DNA of 64,000 bases from Mayamaea pseudoterrestris (taxonomy: Eukaryota), in NCBI GenBank assembly GCA_027923505.1, contig BROI01000015.1:310001-374000 (forward strand). The letters run 5' to 3'. The notes under the pieces were generated by a model. That model was given only the letters and a program-made list of their open reading frames with translations. It was not told the DNA's origin and searched no databases. Made by a program: the position numbers and the translations under genes. This document shows positions 10,208 to 20,132 of this stretch, in pieces; the first letter of the stretch is position 1, and every line of letters starts with the position of its first letter.

Positions 10208-13200
10208 ATGTCGGAAGAGCCTGGAAACAAGCGCCGCAAGACGGATGAGAAGATTCGAGGACGCGGTTTCTCCTCTATTTTAACACCGTACGGCTCGCGC
10301 AGCGCCACTGCTGCCGGCGAGGAAGAAGCAGCGAGTGTTGCGAATCGCGAGGGTGTCCGCCGAAAGACTCAAGGATCATTGCCGACAAAGCGCATGCAGT
10401 TTGGCGTGCGCCTGGGCGACGGAAGCGGCTCCTCAAGTATTTTTGGTGGACACCGGGCTGAGCGTGCGCGTGCGGACCGCGCGGTTGACGCAGTAACAAC
10501 GCTTGCCATTGACAATCGCGAAACGAGCGCCGCTTCGACCTCCTCTACGCCCGCACGTCAAGGATCCCGCAATCAAGCTTTGACGATGGCGGGTCGTCAT
10601 TCAATGGCGACCAGTGGCAATGCGAATGCGACCGCACTTACTCGCCACACGCGTCTGCCGGGTGATGACCGCACTCCAATGTATCCGCGATTGTCGCCCC
10701 CAAAAATCTTCAATAACCAAGCGACTCCAATGTTGCGCGCTAGTGTGGAAAGTTTGATGAAGCAGCATCCGCGAGCGCCGTCGGAAACGGATCGGATCAC
10801 ATTCCCCATGGAGAAGAGTTTCACTCGTGGACTTGACGCAAATGGAAAGCCAATTAGCAGCCATTTCCGCCTTGATCAGGCTCCTCAAACCAATACTAGG
10901 TTGGTTCGGGAATATTATTTGGTTCGGGAATATGAGACGAGGATCGAACAGCCGACAAAGCGCCATCGCAAGACCGATGCTAGCGACGATGTGGACGATG
11001 ATCATCGCATGGGCCAACAGCGTCGAGGCTCACCTCCGCCGCACCACCAAGATGAAGCAGACAGTGACGACACAGAAGACGACGATGATGATGATGATCG
11101 TCCTGCAGCAGGCGGAACGCAACTCCTAGGCGGTGCTGACGACGCTACCTTGTTTGCTGATCCTGCCAGTCATTTGGTTGAACGACTCGATGGATATCGG
11201 GAACATCTTCGTTTTCGCGCGACAATCGATCGACAAGAATTCTTGGACCCTCCGCGTCGAATTCATCCCTTCATTGTGCCTCCAATGCCAACGGCGACTG
11301 GTGTTGCGCATACACTGGAAGATACGATTCAAGATGCGGATCTCGTTGAGCGCCAAGCCAAAGAGATGGAGGAAGAGACGGAACGCAAGCGCCGCACAAA
11401 GTCTAACTTTACGGTCGACGATCAGATGGATGGCGAAGACGAAGATGACGAGAAAAAGAAATTACCATTGGCGGCTCTTTTCAAGCTTCCGCCTGGTGTT
11501 TTCACATGCACCGAGTGCAGGGCGCCAAGTTTACCAAACGCGACTGAATGTGTGGCGTGTAAGGCGTGGAAATGCCATAATTGTTCGAAGATAAACATCA
11601 AGGATTCGACCTCTTGTCAGGATTGTGGTGCGCCGAAGCCTGATAATTTGACAACAGGTGCACCTGGGCGAGCCACTGAAGCAGCGCCGACAAATATTGT
11701 GGCAGGTGCATCTGCTTCTTCCGGAATCTCATTTGGAAGCAGTTCTGCGGCGCCGAACGCTTCGTTTACTTTCGGATCTGGCGCCGCGCCTGCGTCGACG
11801 GGCGGCTTCCAATTTGGTGCAGTGAATGATTCGGCCTCGGCCACTGGCATTCCTACTGGCGGCTTTCGCTTTGGTGCTCCTGCAGCAGCAGCGAGTGGTG
11901 CGACGCCGCCGACAAGTTTTACGTTTGGAAATTCGTTAGCGGCTCAATCGAGTACCGCAGCAGCAGCGCCGAATGGGTTTACCTTCAACCCTGCTCCTGT
12001 GTCAACACCGTCCGAGAGCACGACAGCCGCTTCGTCTTTTAGCTTCGGTGCTGCTGCCAATCAGTCGAGCAGTACAGCAGGGTCTTCAGGAGCTGCATCT
12101 TTTAGCGGTGGCTTTTCTTTTAACAATGAAGCTCCAGCGGCGTCTTCGTCCGCTGCGCCAATGAACGGATTTTCGGTCGCGCCAGCGAGCTCCGTTTCGA
12201 CAGGTGCGCCTATTCCGTTTGTCGCTGGCGCCGCATCAGCACCTGCCTTTTCTTTTGGAAGCGGTGATAGTGAGACAAATATATCTCCCGCAACTGCGAG
12301 CACACAGGGAGCATCGCAGACAGTCACATCGAATGGCTTTGCGTCCGTTCCATCGGTCGGTCCAGATGCTAGTCATGGCATAACGGAGGTTGTCAATGGC
12401 AACGACAACGCCTCGACTGCAACTGACGAAGGGGCTTCTGCTCCACCAGCACCAGTGCCATTTGCGTTTGGTGCTGATAACAATGCTTCTGTGCCGGCCT
12501 TTGGAGGTTTTGCAGCAGTGGGTTCGACTACAAACGACGAGGGCAGCCGCAAGAAGCGCAAAGATGGCGATCAAACTAACGAGTCGATCTCGTCGTCAAA
12601 CGCATGGGGCAGCTCTATGAGTACGGTTTCGAGCACAGGTCCAGGCGTCTTTACTTTTGGCCAGTCCAATCAAGAAACTGCAGGTGCTCCATCGACAACA
12701 CAGTCGTTCATGTTTGGAGAAGCTGTATCGACAGAAACAGCATCTCAGAGCAATGCGTCTGCATTCGGAATGTTTTCAACAACTGGTGGTAACGAGCAAA
12801 GTGGCACCTTTGCGTCTAACTCCTACAACGCTGCGCCTGTGCCTGGAGCTACCTCGAATTTCGCCTTTTCACAGCCACCTGCAGCCTTCAATGGTTTCGC
12901 CTCTGGTGCGCCGTCTGCACCGGCACCGAGTCCCGCAGAATTCGGGTCTGCTACATCCTCTTTTGTTCCGCCTGCTCCTTTTTCAGCCGCGCCAGCTCCT
13001 GGAGGGTTTGCACAGGCAGCTCCAGCTCCTTATGCCGAGGGGGCGAATGTCGGTATGTTCGGCTCTGCTCCAGCGCCTGCTCATGTCGCTCCTGGGTTTG
13101 GCTTTTCAGCTCCGAATCAAGGCATAGCTCCTTTCCACCATCTGGCTGCGAACAACAACGCAGGAGCTACAACATTTGGCACTGCGCCTGGCCTCGGCCA

Positions 13201-13381
13201 ACACGTGTTCTCTGGTGGCACTGTCCTGCAGCAGGAAGCTCCACAGTTTGGTGGCAACGCGGCAAATCCTAACGGCGGCGCAGCGGCGCCTATGTTCAAC
13301 TTCGGCGCTGCTCCTGCGCCTGCTCCTTCTTCGCGCAGAATTGTCAAAGCCAAGCGCCCAGGTGGTGTTGTTCGTCGCTAA
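10208..13381 (+). CDS. FG-repeat nucleoporin with RanBP2-type zinc fingers (Nup153/Nup1-like basket nucleoporin)
   Basis: Two adjacent C-x2-C-x10-C-x2-C fingers (CTEC..CVAC; WKCHNC..CQDC), many FxFG/FSFG repeats and a basic C-terminal RRIVKAKRP motif. Confidence 0.8.
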   Translation: MSEEPGNKRRKTDEKIRGRGFSSILTPYGSRSATAAGEEEAASVANREGVRRKTQGSLPTKRMQFGVRLGDGSGSSSIFGGHRAERARADRAVDAVTTLAIDNRETSAASTSSTPARQGSRNQALTMAGRHSMATSGNANATALTRHTRLPGDDRTPMYPRLSPPKIFNNQATPMLRASVESLMKQHPRAPSETDRITFPMEKSFTRGLDANGKPISSHFRLDQAPQTNTRLVREYYLVREYETRIEQPTKRHRKTDASDDVDDDHRMGQQRRGSPPPHHQDEADSDDTEDDDDDDDRPAAGGTQLLGGADDATLFADPASHLVERLDGYREHLRFRATIDRQEFLDPPRRIHPFIVPPMPTATGVAHTLEDTIQDADLVERQAKEMEEETERKRRTKSNFTVDDQMDGEDEDDEKKKLPLAALFKLPPGVFTCTECRAPSLPNATECVACKAWKCHNCSKINIKDSTSCQDCGAPKPDNLTTGAPGRATEAAPTNIVAGASASSGISFGSSSAAPNASFTFGSGAAPASTGGFQFGAVNDSASATGIPTGGFRFGAPAAAASGATPPTSFTFGNSLAAQSSTAAAAPNGFTFNPAPVSTPSESTTAASSFSFGAAANQSSSTAGSSGAASFSGGFSFNNEAPAASSSAAPMNGFSVAPASSVSTGAPIPFVAGAASAPAFSFGSGDSETNISPATASTQGASQTVTSNGFASVPSVGPDASHGITEVVNGNDNASTATDEGASAPPAPVPFAFGADNNASVPAFGGFAAVGSTTNDEGSRKKRKDGDQTNESISSSNAWGSSMSTVSSTGPGVFTFGQSNQETAGAPSTTQSFMFGEAVSTETASQSNASAFGMFSTTGGNEQSGTFASNSYNAAPVPGATSNFAFSQPPAAFNGFASGAPSAPAPSPAEFGSATSSFVPPAPFSAAPAPGGFAQAAPAPYAEGANVGMFGSAPAPAHVAPGFGFSAPNQGIAPFHHLAANNNAGATTFGTAPGLGQHVFSGGTVLQQEAPQFGGNAANPNGGAAAPMFNFGAAPAPAPSSRRIVKAKRPGGVVRR

Positions 13382-13561
13382 GACTACCGGTAGTAGTCAG
13401 AACAGCTAGTGATTTGGTTGTATGTAAGCGACAAGATTGATTTGCCTTCCTTGAAATATGCAATTTTTGTTATGATTCAATACAATTATGCAATATTGTT
13501 TAATATAAACCGTTAGTAAGCGAATTGTAAATCAAATACATAGGTAAAATGTACTGCGCTT

Positions 13562-15304
13562 TTAATGTCGATTCGTCACTGATCTCAGTTTATTGCAAAC
13601 CTTCTTGGCCTTTTGAACGGCAAGCTCAGCAAGCACTTGTTGGTCTTCGTCAGAAAGCGAGTTACTATCACATTGGCTCGCTACGACGCTCGCCCAGCAG
13701 TCCCTATTCTTTCGCAATCGTTCACAGCCGCATTTCGTAGCAATTTGTTTCGCGCATCGCGTCAGTGGCACATCATCTTCCGAAGCGACGTGTTCCCGAA
13801 TTCTACGTTCGCTTTTGCATTTGGTTGGATCGCACTCGGGCCCACAAACGCCAGGATACTCAGCGGTCACATACTTACACGCTCCATCCTCATCCATTGC
13901 TGCTGACTGCACCATGAAATTCATCCGATCTATGCAACTAAAGTCGGCTGCCAAACGATTCAAGACGGAGGTAGTGCACTGCGGACAACCACAATTTCGA
14001 ATGGCGGAGCTGGAATTTGATGCAACAACCTTAACGGGAATGGAAAACGTTTTCGTGACTCCGCAACTTTTGGACGTAGCCGTTACTTTGACGTAACCAC
14101 TTTGGCTACCCCAATTGACGATAATACGCTTTGCAACCGACGAATTGCGTGTGACAATACTGACGCCACCTGGAACGGACCACTGGTACGAGTAGTCGCT
14201 TAAACCATCCATGATGCGAAACTTGATTCGTCGCGCTCCTGCATCAACGTACATTGGTCCTTGCAACCGTCCAAGAGATTTGTCATAGACGCGCACATAG
14301 TCCACCTGCATGATTTGCGGAAAACTTGACGTTGCGTCGGGAAATCCCGGCCAGCTTCCACCAACGGCAACATTGAGTAAGAAGTGAAACTTTTCGTCAA
14401 ATGGCCAGGGCGAAACAACGTCACTAGTCAAGGTCAAGAAGGATGCGCCATCGACGGACCAGCTAATTTTGCCAGGCGACCAGTCAACGGCAAACTCGTG
14501 AAAGCTGTCGGAAAAATGTTCATTTCCAAGCAACTCCACGGCAGAACCTTGATGCTTATTATACGGCCATGCCGGTCCATAATGAAGCGTTCCAAAGGCC
14601 GTCGATGGGTCCTTGCCAATAGCTTCCATAATATCAATTTCGCCAGACTTTGGCCACGTTCCGAATACTTCGTTCGTAGGCAACAACCAGAAAGCTGGCC
14701 AAATGCCATTGCCATATGGAATCTTGATAGAGGCTTCCAAACGACCGTACTGAAAGTCGGCGAGTCCTTTGGTGCGAATGCGTCCCGATGTATATGGCTT
14801 GCCGCCGACGTTTTCCTGGCGCGCCTCGATCACCAGGCGGCCGCTGCTGACCTTGACGTTATCGGGCTGATACCACTCCAACTCATTGTTACCCCAGCCA
14901 CTGGGCAAACCAATTTCAGTGCCGTCGCCTGTCTGATAGGCCCACTTTGACGTATCGAGGGCATTGCCGGAGAATTCATCGCTCCAGGTCAATCTCGGAC
15001 ACTGCTGCTGGCTGGAAACGCTCTGCACCGAAACGACAGCTTCCCCGCAGTTATTACTCGTCTCACAAATATCAGCCGCATACACGCAGAGGGAAGGAAA
15101 CTCGCCGCTCACACGTTGGCAGGCGGATCGTTGATCCATGACAAGGTTGGCTTGCACCCATGTCACGCGCGCACCGCAGCTGTACGCGCCGCCAGTATCC
15201 GTGGCGATGGTAGTTTCAGACAAGCAGGGACATGATGAACAAAGATCGTCTGCAGTAGCAAGTGGAAGAAAATACAGTAGGAGGAGAGTCGATTGAAGGA
15301 TCAT
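13562..15304 (-). CDS. Secreted GH16 endo-beta-1,3-glucanase (laminarinase-like) with Cys-rich modules and a PKD-like domain
   Basis: Signal peptide MILQSTLLLLYFLPLATA; WSDEF, GWGNNELEWY, YTSGRI, GIWPAFWLLP, catalytic EIDIME, MQVDYVRVY. Confidence 0.92.
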   Translation of the reverse strand: MILQSTLLLLYFLPLATADDLCSSCPCLSETTIATDTGGAYSCGARVTWVQANLVMDQRSACQRVSGEFPSLCVYAADICETSNNCGEAVVSVQSVSSQQQCPRLTWSDEFSGNALDTSKWAYQTGDGTEIGLPSGWGNNELEWYQPDNVKVSSGRLVIEARQENVGGKPYTSGRIRTKGLADFQYGRLEASIKIPYGNGIWPAFWLLPTNEVFGTWPKSGEIDIMEAIGKDPSTAFGTLHYGPAWPYNKHQGSAVELLGNEHFSDSFHEFAVDWSPGKISWSVDGASFLTLTSDVVSPWPFDEKFHFLLNVAVGGSWPGFPDATSSFPQIMQVDYVRVYDKSLGRLQGPMYVDAGARRIKFRIMDGLSDYSYQWSVPGGVSIVTRNSSVAKRIIVNWGSQSGYVKVTATSKSCGVTKTFSIPVKVVASNSSSAIRNCGCPQCTTSVLNRLAADFSCIDRMNFMVQSAAMDEDGACKYVTAEYPGVCGPECDPTKCKSERRIREHVASEDDVPLTRCAKQIATKCGCERLRKNRDCWASVVASQCDSNSLSDEDQQVLAELAVQKAKKVCNKLRSVTNRH

Positions 15305-15964
15305 GGCGTTGTTGATTTTCGTTCGATAAGTCATAGCCTATATATCTTCCTCGTCTTTCGATTCGTTGATACGATGATTGCTGGAAATCTGTCAAATTTT
15401 TAACCTCTACCGTCGCGTGGTTATGTTTCGTGAAGCAATGGCCAGTGAAATTCCTTGTCGCACCAGAGAAGGTCAACGAAGGAATGATCCGCCGGTCCGG
15501 TGAAGCTGTTATCGGCTTCCTTGACAATGGTCACTTTTTGATGCGCCTCTTCTGATCAGCTGATTCTTCGTTGAAAGTTAAAGTGGACACATTCAAATCA
15601 CTTTGACAAGACCAAAGAAAGTTGTTCAGAGTCTTTTGAAGTCCTAAAAGCTCCTCGCACCTTTCTCCGGACTCTTCCAACGCTCACTGGAGGACGATTT
15701 GAACGGCGGAGGGAACGGCATGAGTCATAAGTAATATCCACGTCGCTGAAAATCTGTCAAAGTCATGGTCATCAATCGTGCACGATCGATTGCACCAATC
15801 AGCCTTGCGGCTTGGACTGTGAATGACGGTATACCATTGCGTCTTTAATATGTCGCAACGTGAATCACCTGAACCGACGCCAACCATGGAGAGTTTGCAA
15901 AAACGTTTTGCCCCGCTATGTAGGGCTTTCGAATAATTCTTCTCGCCTTGCTTTCAATTCTACC

Positions 15965-16948
15965 ATGTCTCTCTGGATAAGGTGTACAGTAATGTCGCTG
16001 GTTGTTCTATTTGCGATCAACTGCGATCTTTATTATCGGAACAATGGCCATCACTACCGGTATGAATCCATTGCCACCACAATGATGAACGAGACGGGCG
16101 TTGACGAGAAACAGTTTCATCGTCGAAGATTGAAATCTACTACTTCCAAAATAGACTCGCCTCCCGTTATAATTATTCTTGGGCTTCCTCGATCAGGCTC
16201 GCTGCAAATACACGAATACTTTGAATGCAACAATTATCGATCCGCTCACTACTGCTGTGATGCCGACTCGAATCGCACTCGCTTTCCCTGCCTTGAACAA
16301 ACCTGCGGGTCCTGCGTCCACTCTAACCTACTGAAGGAAATTCCTCCTTTCCAAAACTGCAAAAGCAATATCCAAGTTTGGAGTCAATTTGGTGTTGAAT
16401 CACAGGATCCATACGCGTGGTTTCTTCCGCAGGAATTTGCCTTGAGCATTCTGCACAAGCACTATCCGAAAGCGAAATGGATTATCAACGCGCGATCCTC
16501 TTCCAAACGATGGGCGACGAACGTTCTGCACTGGAACACTGACACGCATCGACTACTGACGGCGTACAATATTCCATATTACTCGAGCAATCAAACCGAC
16601 GTGGTTGGCTACAACCATTACACGGCAGACATGGCACCTGACGTTCAAAACTGGACGGCCGACCTTTTGTACTTGGAGCTTAAAAAGTCGCTTGCTCGCG
16701 CTGGAGACGTTCGCGAGTATATTCGACGACTGCAGGCGCTCGCGCAAGTTCATGACCGTCATGTTAAGCTGGTAGTGGAAGCAAACGAGTATTTCCAACG
16801 ATCGCACGATCTGGTGTCGCTCAATGTTGATGATGCGAATGCGGGCCAAGTATTGGCGGATGCTTTTCTTGGGACAAGGGCGGACTGCTGGAGGTTTGAT
16901 GGAAATGCGCTTGACAATGATTGGAAGGACTTTTCCTTGAAGCTATGA
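15965..16948 (+). CDS. Type II membrane-anchored P-loop sulfotransferase-like protein
   Basis: N-terminal hydrophobic anchor (MSLWIRC...VVLFAIN), IIILGLPRSGS resembling the 5'-PSB loop, and YPKAKWIINAR...W. Confidence 0.65.
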   Translation: MSLWIRCTVMSLVVLFAINCDLYYRNNGHHYRYESIATTMMNETGVDEKQFHRRRLKSTTSKIDSPPVIIILGLPRSGSLQIHEYFECNNYRSAHYCCDADSNRTRFPCLEQTCGSCVHSNLLKEIPPFQNCKSNIQVWSQFGVESQDPYAWFLPQEFALSILHKHYPKAKWIINARSSSKRWATNVLHWNTDTHRLLTAYNIPYYSSNQTDVVGYNHYTADMAPDVQNWTADLLYLELKKSLARAGDVREYIRRLQALAQVHDRHVKLVVEANEYFQRSHDLVSLNVDDANAGQVLADAFLGTRADCWRFDGNALDNDWKDFSLKL

Positions 16949-17079
16949 TATTGACCGTACAAAATTGTGAAGTGTACGTATGCGAATTATGAAATTCGTC
17001 TTGGCCCACCAGTCCAATCAATCACTCCTCTTGTATTGTATAAAACAGTTGTAATAAAATATGTCAATGCTATTTTACT

Positions 17080-18777
17080 TTAGCGAAACCATTGCGCCAC
17101 TTCCTCTTGAAACGGCACTTGCGTAACGTCGTCGCCGACGGCTGCCACGGTGGGTGGTTGCTTCAACGCCATGTTCGCCAACTCTTGTACGTCTGCTTGC
17201 GTGACGGCATCAATGCGCTCACAAGTCGTGTGAATGTCCTCCCGCTTGTTGTATGTCAATATTTGACGACCCAAATCCTCAAACAGTACCAGCCGCGATT
17301 CGAGCTGCGTCAAAACATTGCACTTCAACATGTTTCTCGCTCGACTCAACTCCTCGTCGGAAACAGGTTCCACCGCAAGTCGCGCCAAGTGCTCTGCGAA
17401 CACTTGCACCATTTCTCGTGCCTTGTGCGGAACTGTTGATCCGCTAATGCCCCAAACTCCCGACTCATCATGGAATGATGTGAACGCTTCCGCACTTTCG
17501 GCCCACGAGTATCGATTCAGCACTTGACGATACAATCTGCTGTACATGCCCTTGCCTGGTCCACCAGCTGAAAATGAGTTTCCACCACCCAGCAAAGTCT
17601 GCAAGACGCAAGCTGGCACGAGACTGTCCGTATGCCATCCGCCCACGTGCAAGCCAACTGCAACGTTGGTCAACCCTTCTGTCGTCGGCAGTGTCCGACG
17701 ATCCTCTCCACCCCGATATATTGATGGAGTTGTAGCAGCAATTACTGTATTCTTGGCTTGTTTCAAATGACCAAAGTGCTTGTCGGCCATTTCCACTAGA
17801 TACTCGTGGCGAACACCTGCGCCAGCAATCACAAGACTGTTTGGATTGGAGAGCATGTGTCGTTCCCAGTAGCTATTAACAAGGTCTGGCGTCAAATTGT
17901 GCAAACTTTGTGGCGTTACCAAATGTGGCTGCCCCAGCTGCTGATCAATTCCATATGCCGCCGCTTGAAGTGCTTCGCCAAGTATTAACTGCGGCGGCAT
18001 GTCCATGGCTTGATACTCTAGCGCCTGCTTGGCATGATCCACCTCCTCCTGCGTAAACTGCGGCTTTAACAATACTTGCTGAAGTAGCTCCATGGCCTTG
18101 TCAACGTTAGGACGCAGCAAGTCAATGCAGTAGAGTGACTGCTCGCGTCCCGTATTGACAAAGCGCGTCGCTCCCAAGTCTTGCAGCAAGTGCTGAATCT
18201 CCAGCGCCGAGTATTGCTCCGTTGAGCCAAAGGCCAAGACTTCCAGCAAATTCGTGACTCCAGACTCTTGTGCTGTTTCAAGTCTACTCGAGACGCCGCA
18301 AACGACGCCAATGCAACTCACTTGTCCGTATGTTTCCTGCGAAACTACACGTACGCCATTTGCTAGTTGCGTCACTTGAACTTTCGGCGTCTCCAATTGA
18401 TCTGCTGGAACATTGTTTGGGATATGAGACGGAACTGATTTTGTAATCGGAAGAGCAGTCTTTAATGAAAGCTGTGAGAGTGACTCTTGTTGCTTTGTCC
18501 GAAGAGCCTCTCGTTCCGTGGCGGCCATTGCATTGGAATCGTCAAACGGATCGCGAGGATCCGGGGCTTGGTAGACTTTTTGACTCGGTTGCTGCTTGGA
18601 TGCTTCAATTGCCGTAGTTTTGGTAATTTCTGGAGGTTCACTGGCCCATGGATACTCGTAGCTGCTGTAAGTGCTTAACGATGCGCGTTTGGATAGGAAA
18701 GAACTTTTTCCAAAGAATCGAGCTTGAGGTTTGCTCCTCGATAAAATGGCTCTAGCGGCGCGATTTGTAACTCTCAT
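17080..18777 (-). CDS. MPPA: Mitochondrial processing peptidase alpha subunit (M16 family)
   Basis: Arg/Ser-rich presequence from MRVTNRAAR; VTQLANGVRVVS; Gly-rich loop LLGGGNSFSAGGPGKGMYSRLY; lacks the HxxEH motif, as expected for the alpha subunit. Confidence 0.95.
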   Translation of the reverse strand: MRVTNRAARAILSRSKPQARFFGKSSFLSKRASLSTYSSYEYPWASEPPEITKTTAIEASKQQPSQKVYQAPDPRDPFDDSNAMAATEREALRTKQQESLSQLSLKTALPITKSVPSHIPNNVPADQLETPKVQVTQLANGVRVVSQETYGQVSCIGVVCGVSSRLETAQESGVTNLLEVLAFGSTEQYSALEIQHLLQDLGATRFVNTGREQSLYCIDLLRPNVDKAMELLQQVLLKPQFTQEEVDHAKQALEYQAMDMPPQLILGEALQAAAYGIDQQLGQPHLVTPQSLHNLTPDLVNSYWERHMLSNPNSLVIAGAGVRHEYLVEMADKHFGHLKQAKNTVIAATTPSIYRGGEDRRTLPTTEGLTNVAVGLHVGGWHTDSLVPACVLQTLLGGGNSFSAGGPGKGMYSRLYRQVLNRYSWAESAEAFTSFHDESGVWGISGSTVPHKAREMVQVFAEHLARLAVEPVSDEELSRARNMLKCNVLTQLESRLVLFEDLGRQILTYNKREDIHTTCERIDAVTQADVQELANMALKQPPTVAAVGDDVTQVPFQEEVAQWFR

Positions 18778-19208
18778 TGTCGCAAAGTAGTACTGTCTAT
18801 ATATACAGTAGCGTTCAGTATGCAAATGAGTCGTAAGCTATTTAAAAGTCAACCTTTTGTCCAGGATCAACGACGACTGCCTGGACGCGGAGATCGGTGG
18901 ACGTGATGCAACTGAGCGCAGGACAAAAATCGAGCGTGACAATCTGTCGTAGCGGTACTTGTACGACATAATTTCGAAAAGATCCGTCGCTGTTCCGAGT
19001 CAACCAAGGTGATCACAATGATCGACAAGCTTCAAGCATAATGCTGTAGTTGGAATTGAAACGACCATCTATTGAAAACGAATCATTTTTTGCGCGTTGA
19101 TTTCTGTCGCTGCTGCTTGCTTTACAATCGGCTGTGTTATTTGACGATAATTGAGGAGCAACAGATTGGAAAAGAAAGCGAAAGGTTGCGCGTGAACGTG
19201 AAGAGAGC

Positions 19209-19886
19209 ATGTTTATGACAATGTTTGACACAAGCAAGATTGTTGAGTGCATCATGCGCTGCATCTTGGCTGGCAGTATGCTGTGCCTCATGTTGTGCTG
19301 TAGTCACGTCATGCTCATCATCAAAGTTCGTTCCGAGAGCAAAAACATCTCCATCAAGTACAAAAGCTGCATTGTACTTGGTCTATTGAAAGGGCAGTTT
19401 GTGTGGTCGAGTCCTGTTGCTTGTCGTATTTTTGTCGCTTGTTTTACGATTGGCACCATCCTTGGAGTGGTGGACGAGCTGAGACCACAACCCAAGCCAA
19501 AGGAGTCTTGGGCGACACGCGTATGCAACTGGCTAAAGACGCGATTCAACAGGCAAACGAATGCTAATGAAGCGAATGACTCTTCTGCAGATGATCTGTC
19601 ACTACTTTGCTGGACAATCTTCTGCATCATCAACTACGGTATTGTCTACATCATAATATGCTGCAGGAGATACATTACCATTATCGTATGTCTCTACATC
19701 ATCAACAACGTCTTACTCAGCATCATTACCAAGGTCCTTTCTATCACCACAGACATTTCCATCAAGTATCAAAGTCGCATTGTTCTCGGTATATTGGTCG
19801 GGCAATTTGTATGGTTCATGTACTACGGTAACGGTAACCGAGTCAGCACTGAACTACCATTGGCTTCTTATGTTTTCAATCACTGA
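19209..19886 (+). CDS. Hypothetical multi-pass membrane protein with an internal repeat
   Basis: 225-aa hydrophobic ORF containing ISIKYKSCIVLGLLKGQFVW and ISIKYQSRIVLGILVGQFVW. Confidence 0.45.
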   Translation: MFMTMFDTSKIVECIMRCILAGSMLCLMLCCSHVMLIIKVRSESKNISIKYKSCIVLGLLKGQFVWSSPVACRIFVACFTIGTILGVVDELRPQPKPKESWATRVCNWLKTRFNRQTNANEANDSSADDLSLLCWTIFCIINYGIVYIIICCRRYITIIVCLYIINNVLLSIITKVLSITTDISIKYQSRIVLGILVGQFVWFMYYGNGNRVSTELPLASYVFNH

Positions 19887-20132
19887 TGGCATTAAACCTT
19901 TATCAAGGCGGCTGCTGTAATCCGTTGACTGTCGCGAAATGGATGACCAGGGCAGCAATGATTCCACGTACATTACAAGTCACTGCACTTTTAACATTTG
20001 CTTTCGCAATGTAACTTTGTTTAATAACGCTACTCTCTTAACAGTCCAACTCTTTTTTTTGGTTTCGTAATGTGGCCATGACGCTGGCGTCCTCAACGAG
20101 CTAATACAGTCATGCAAGCTGCTATTGCGTAG

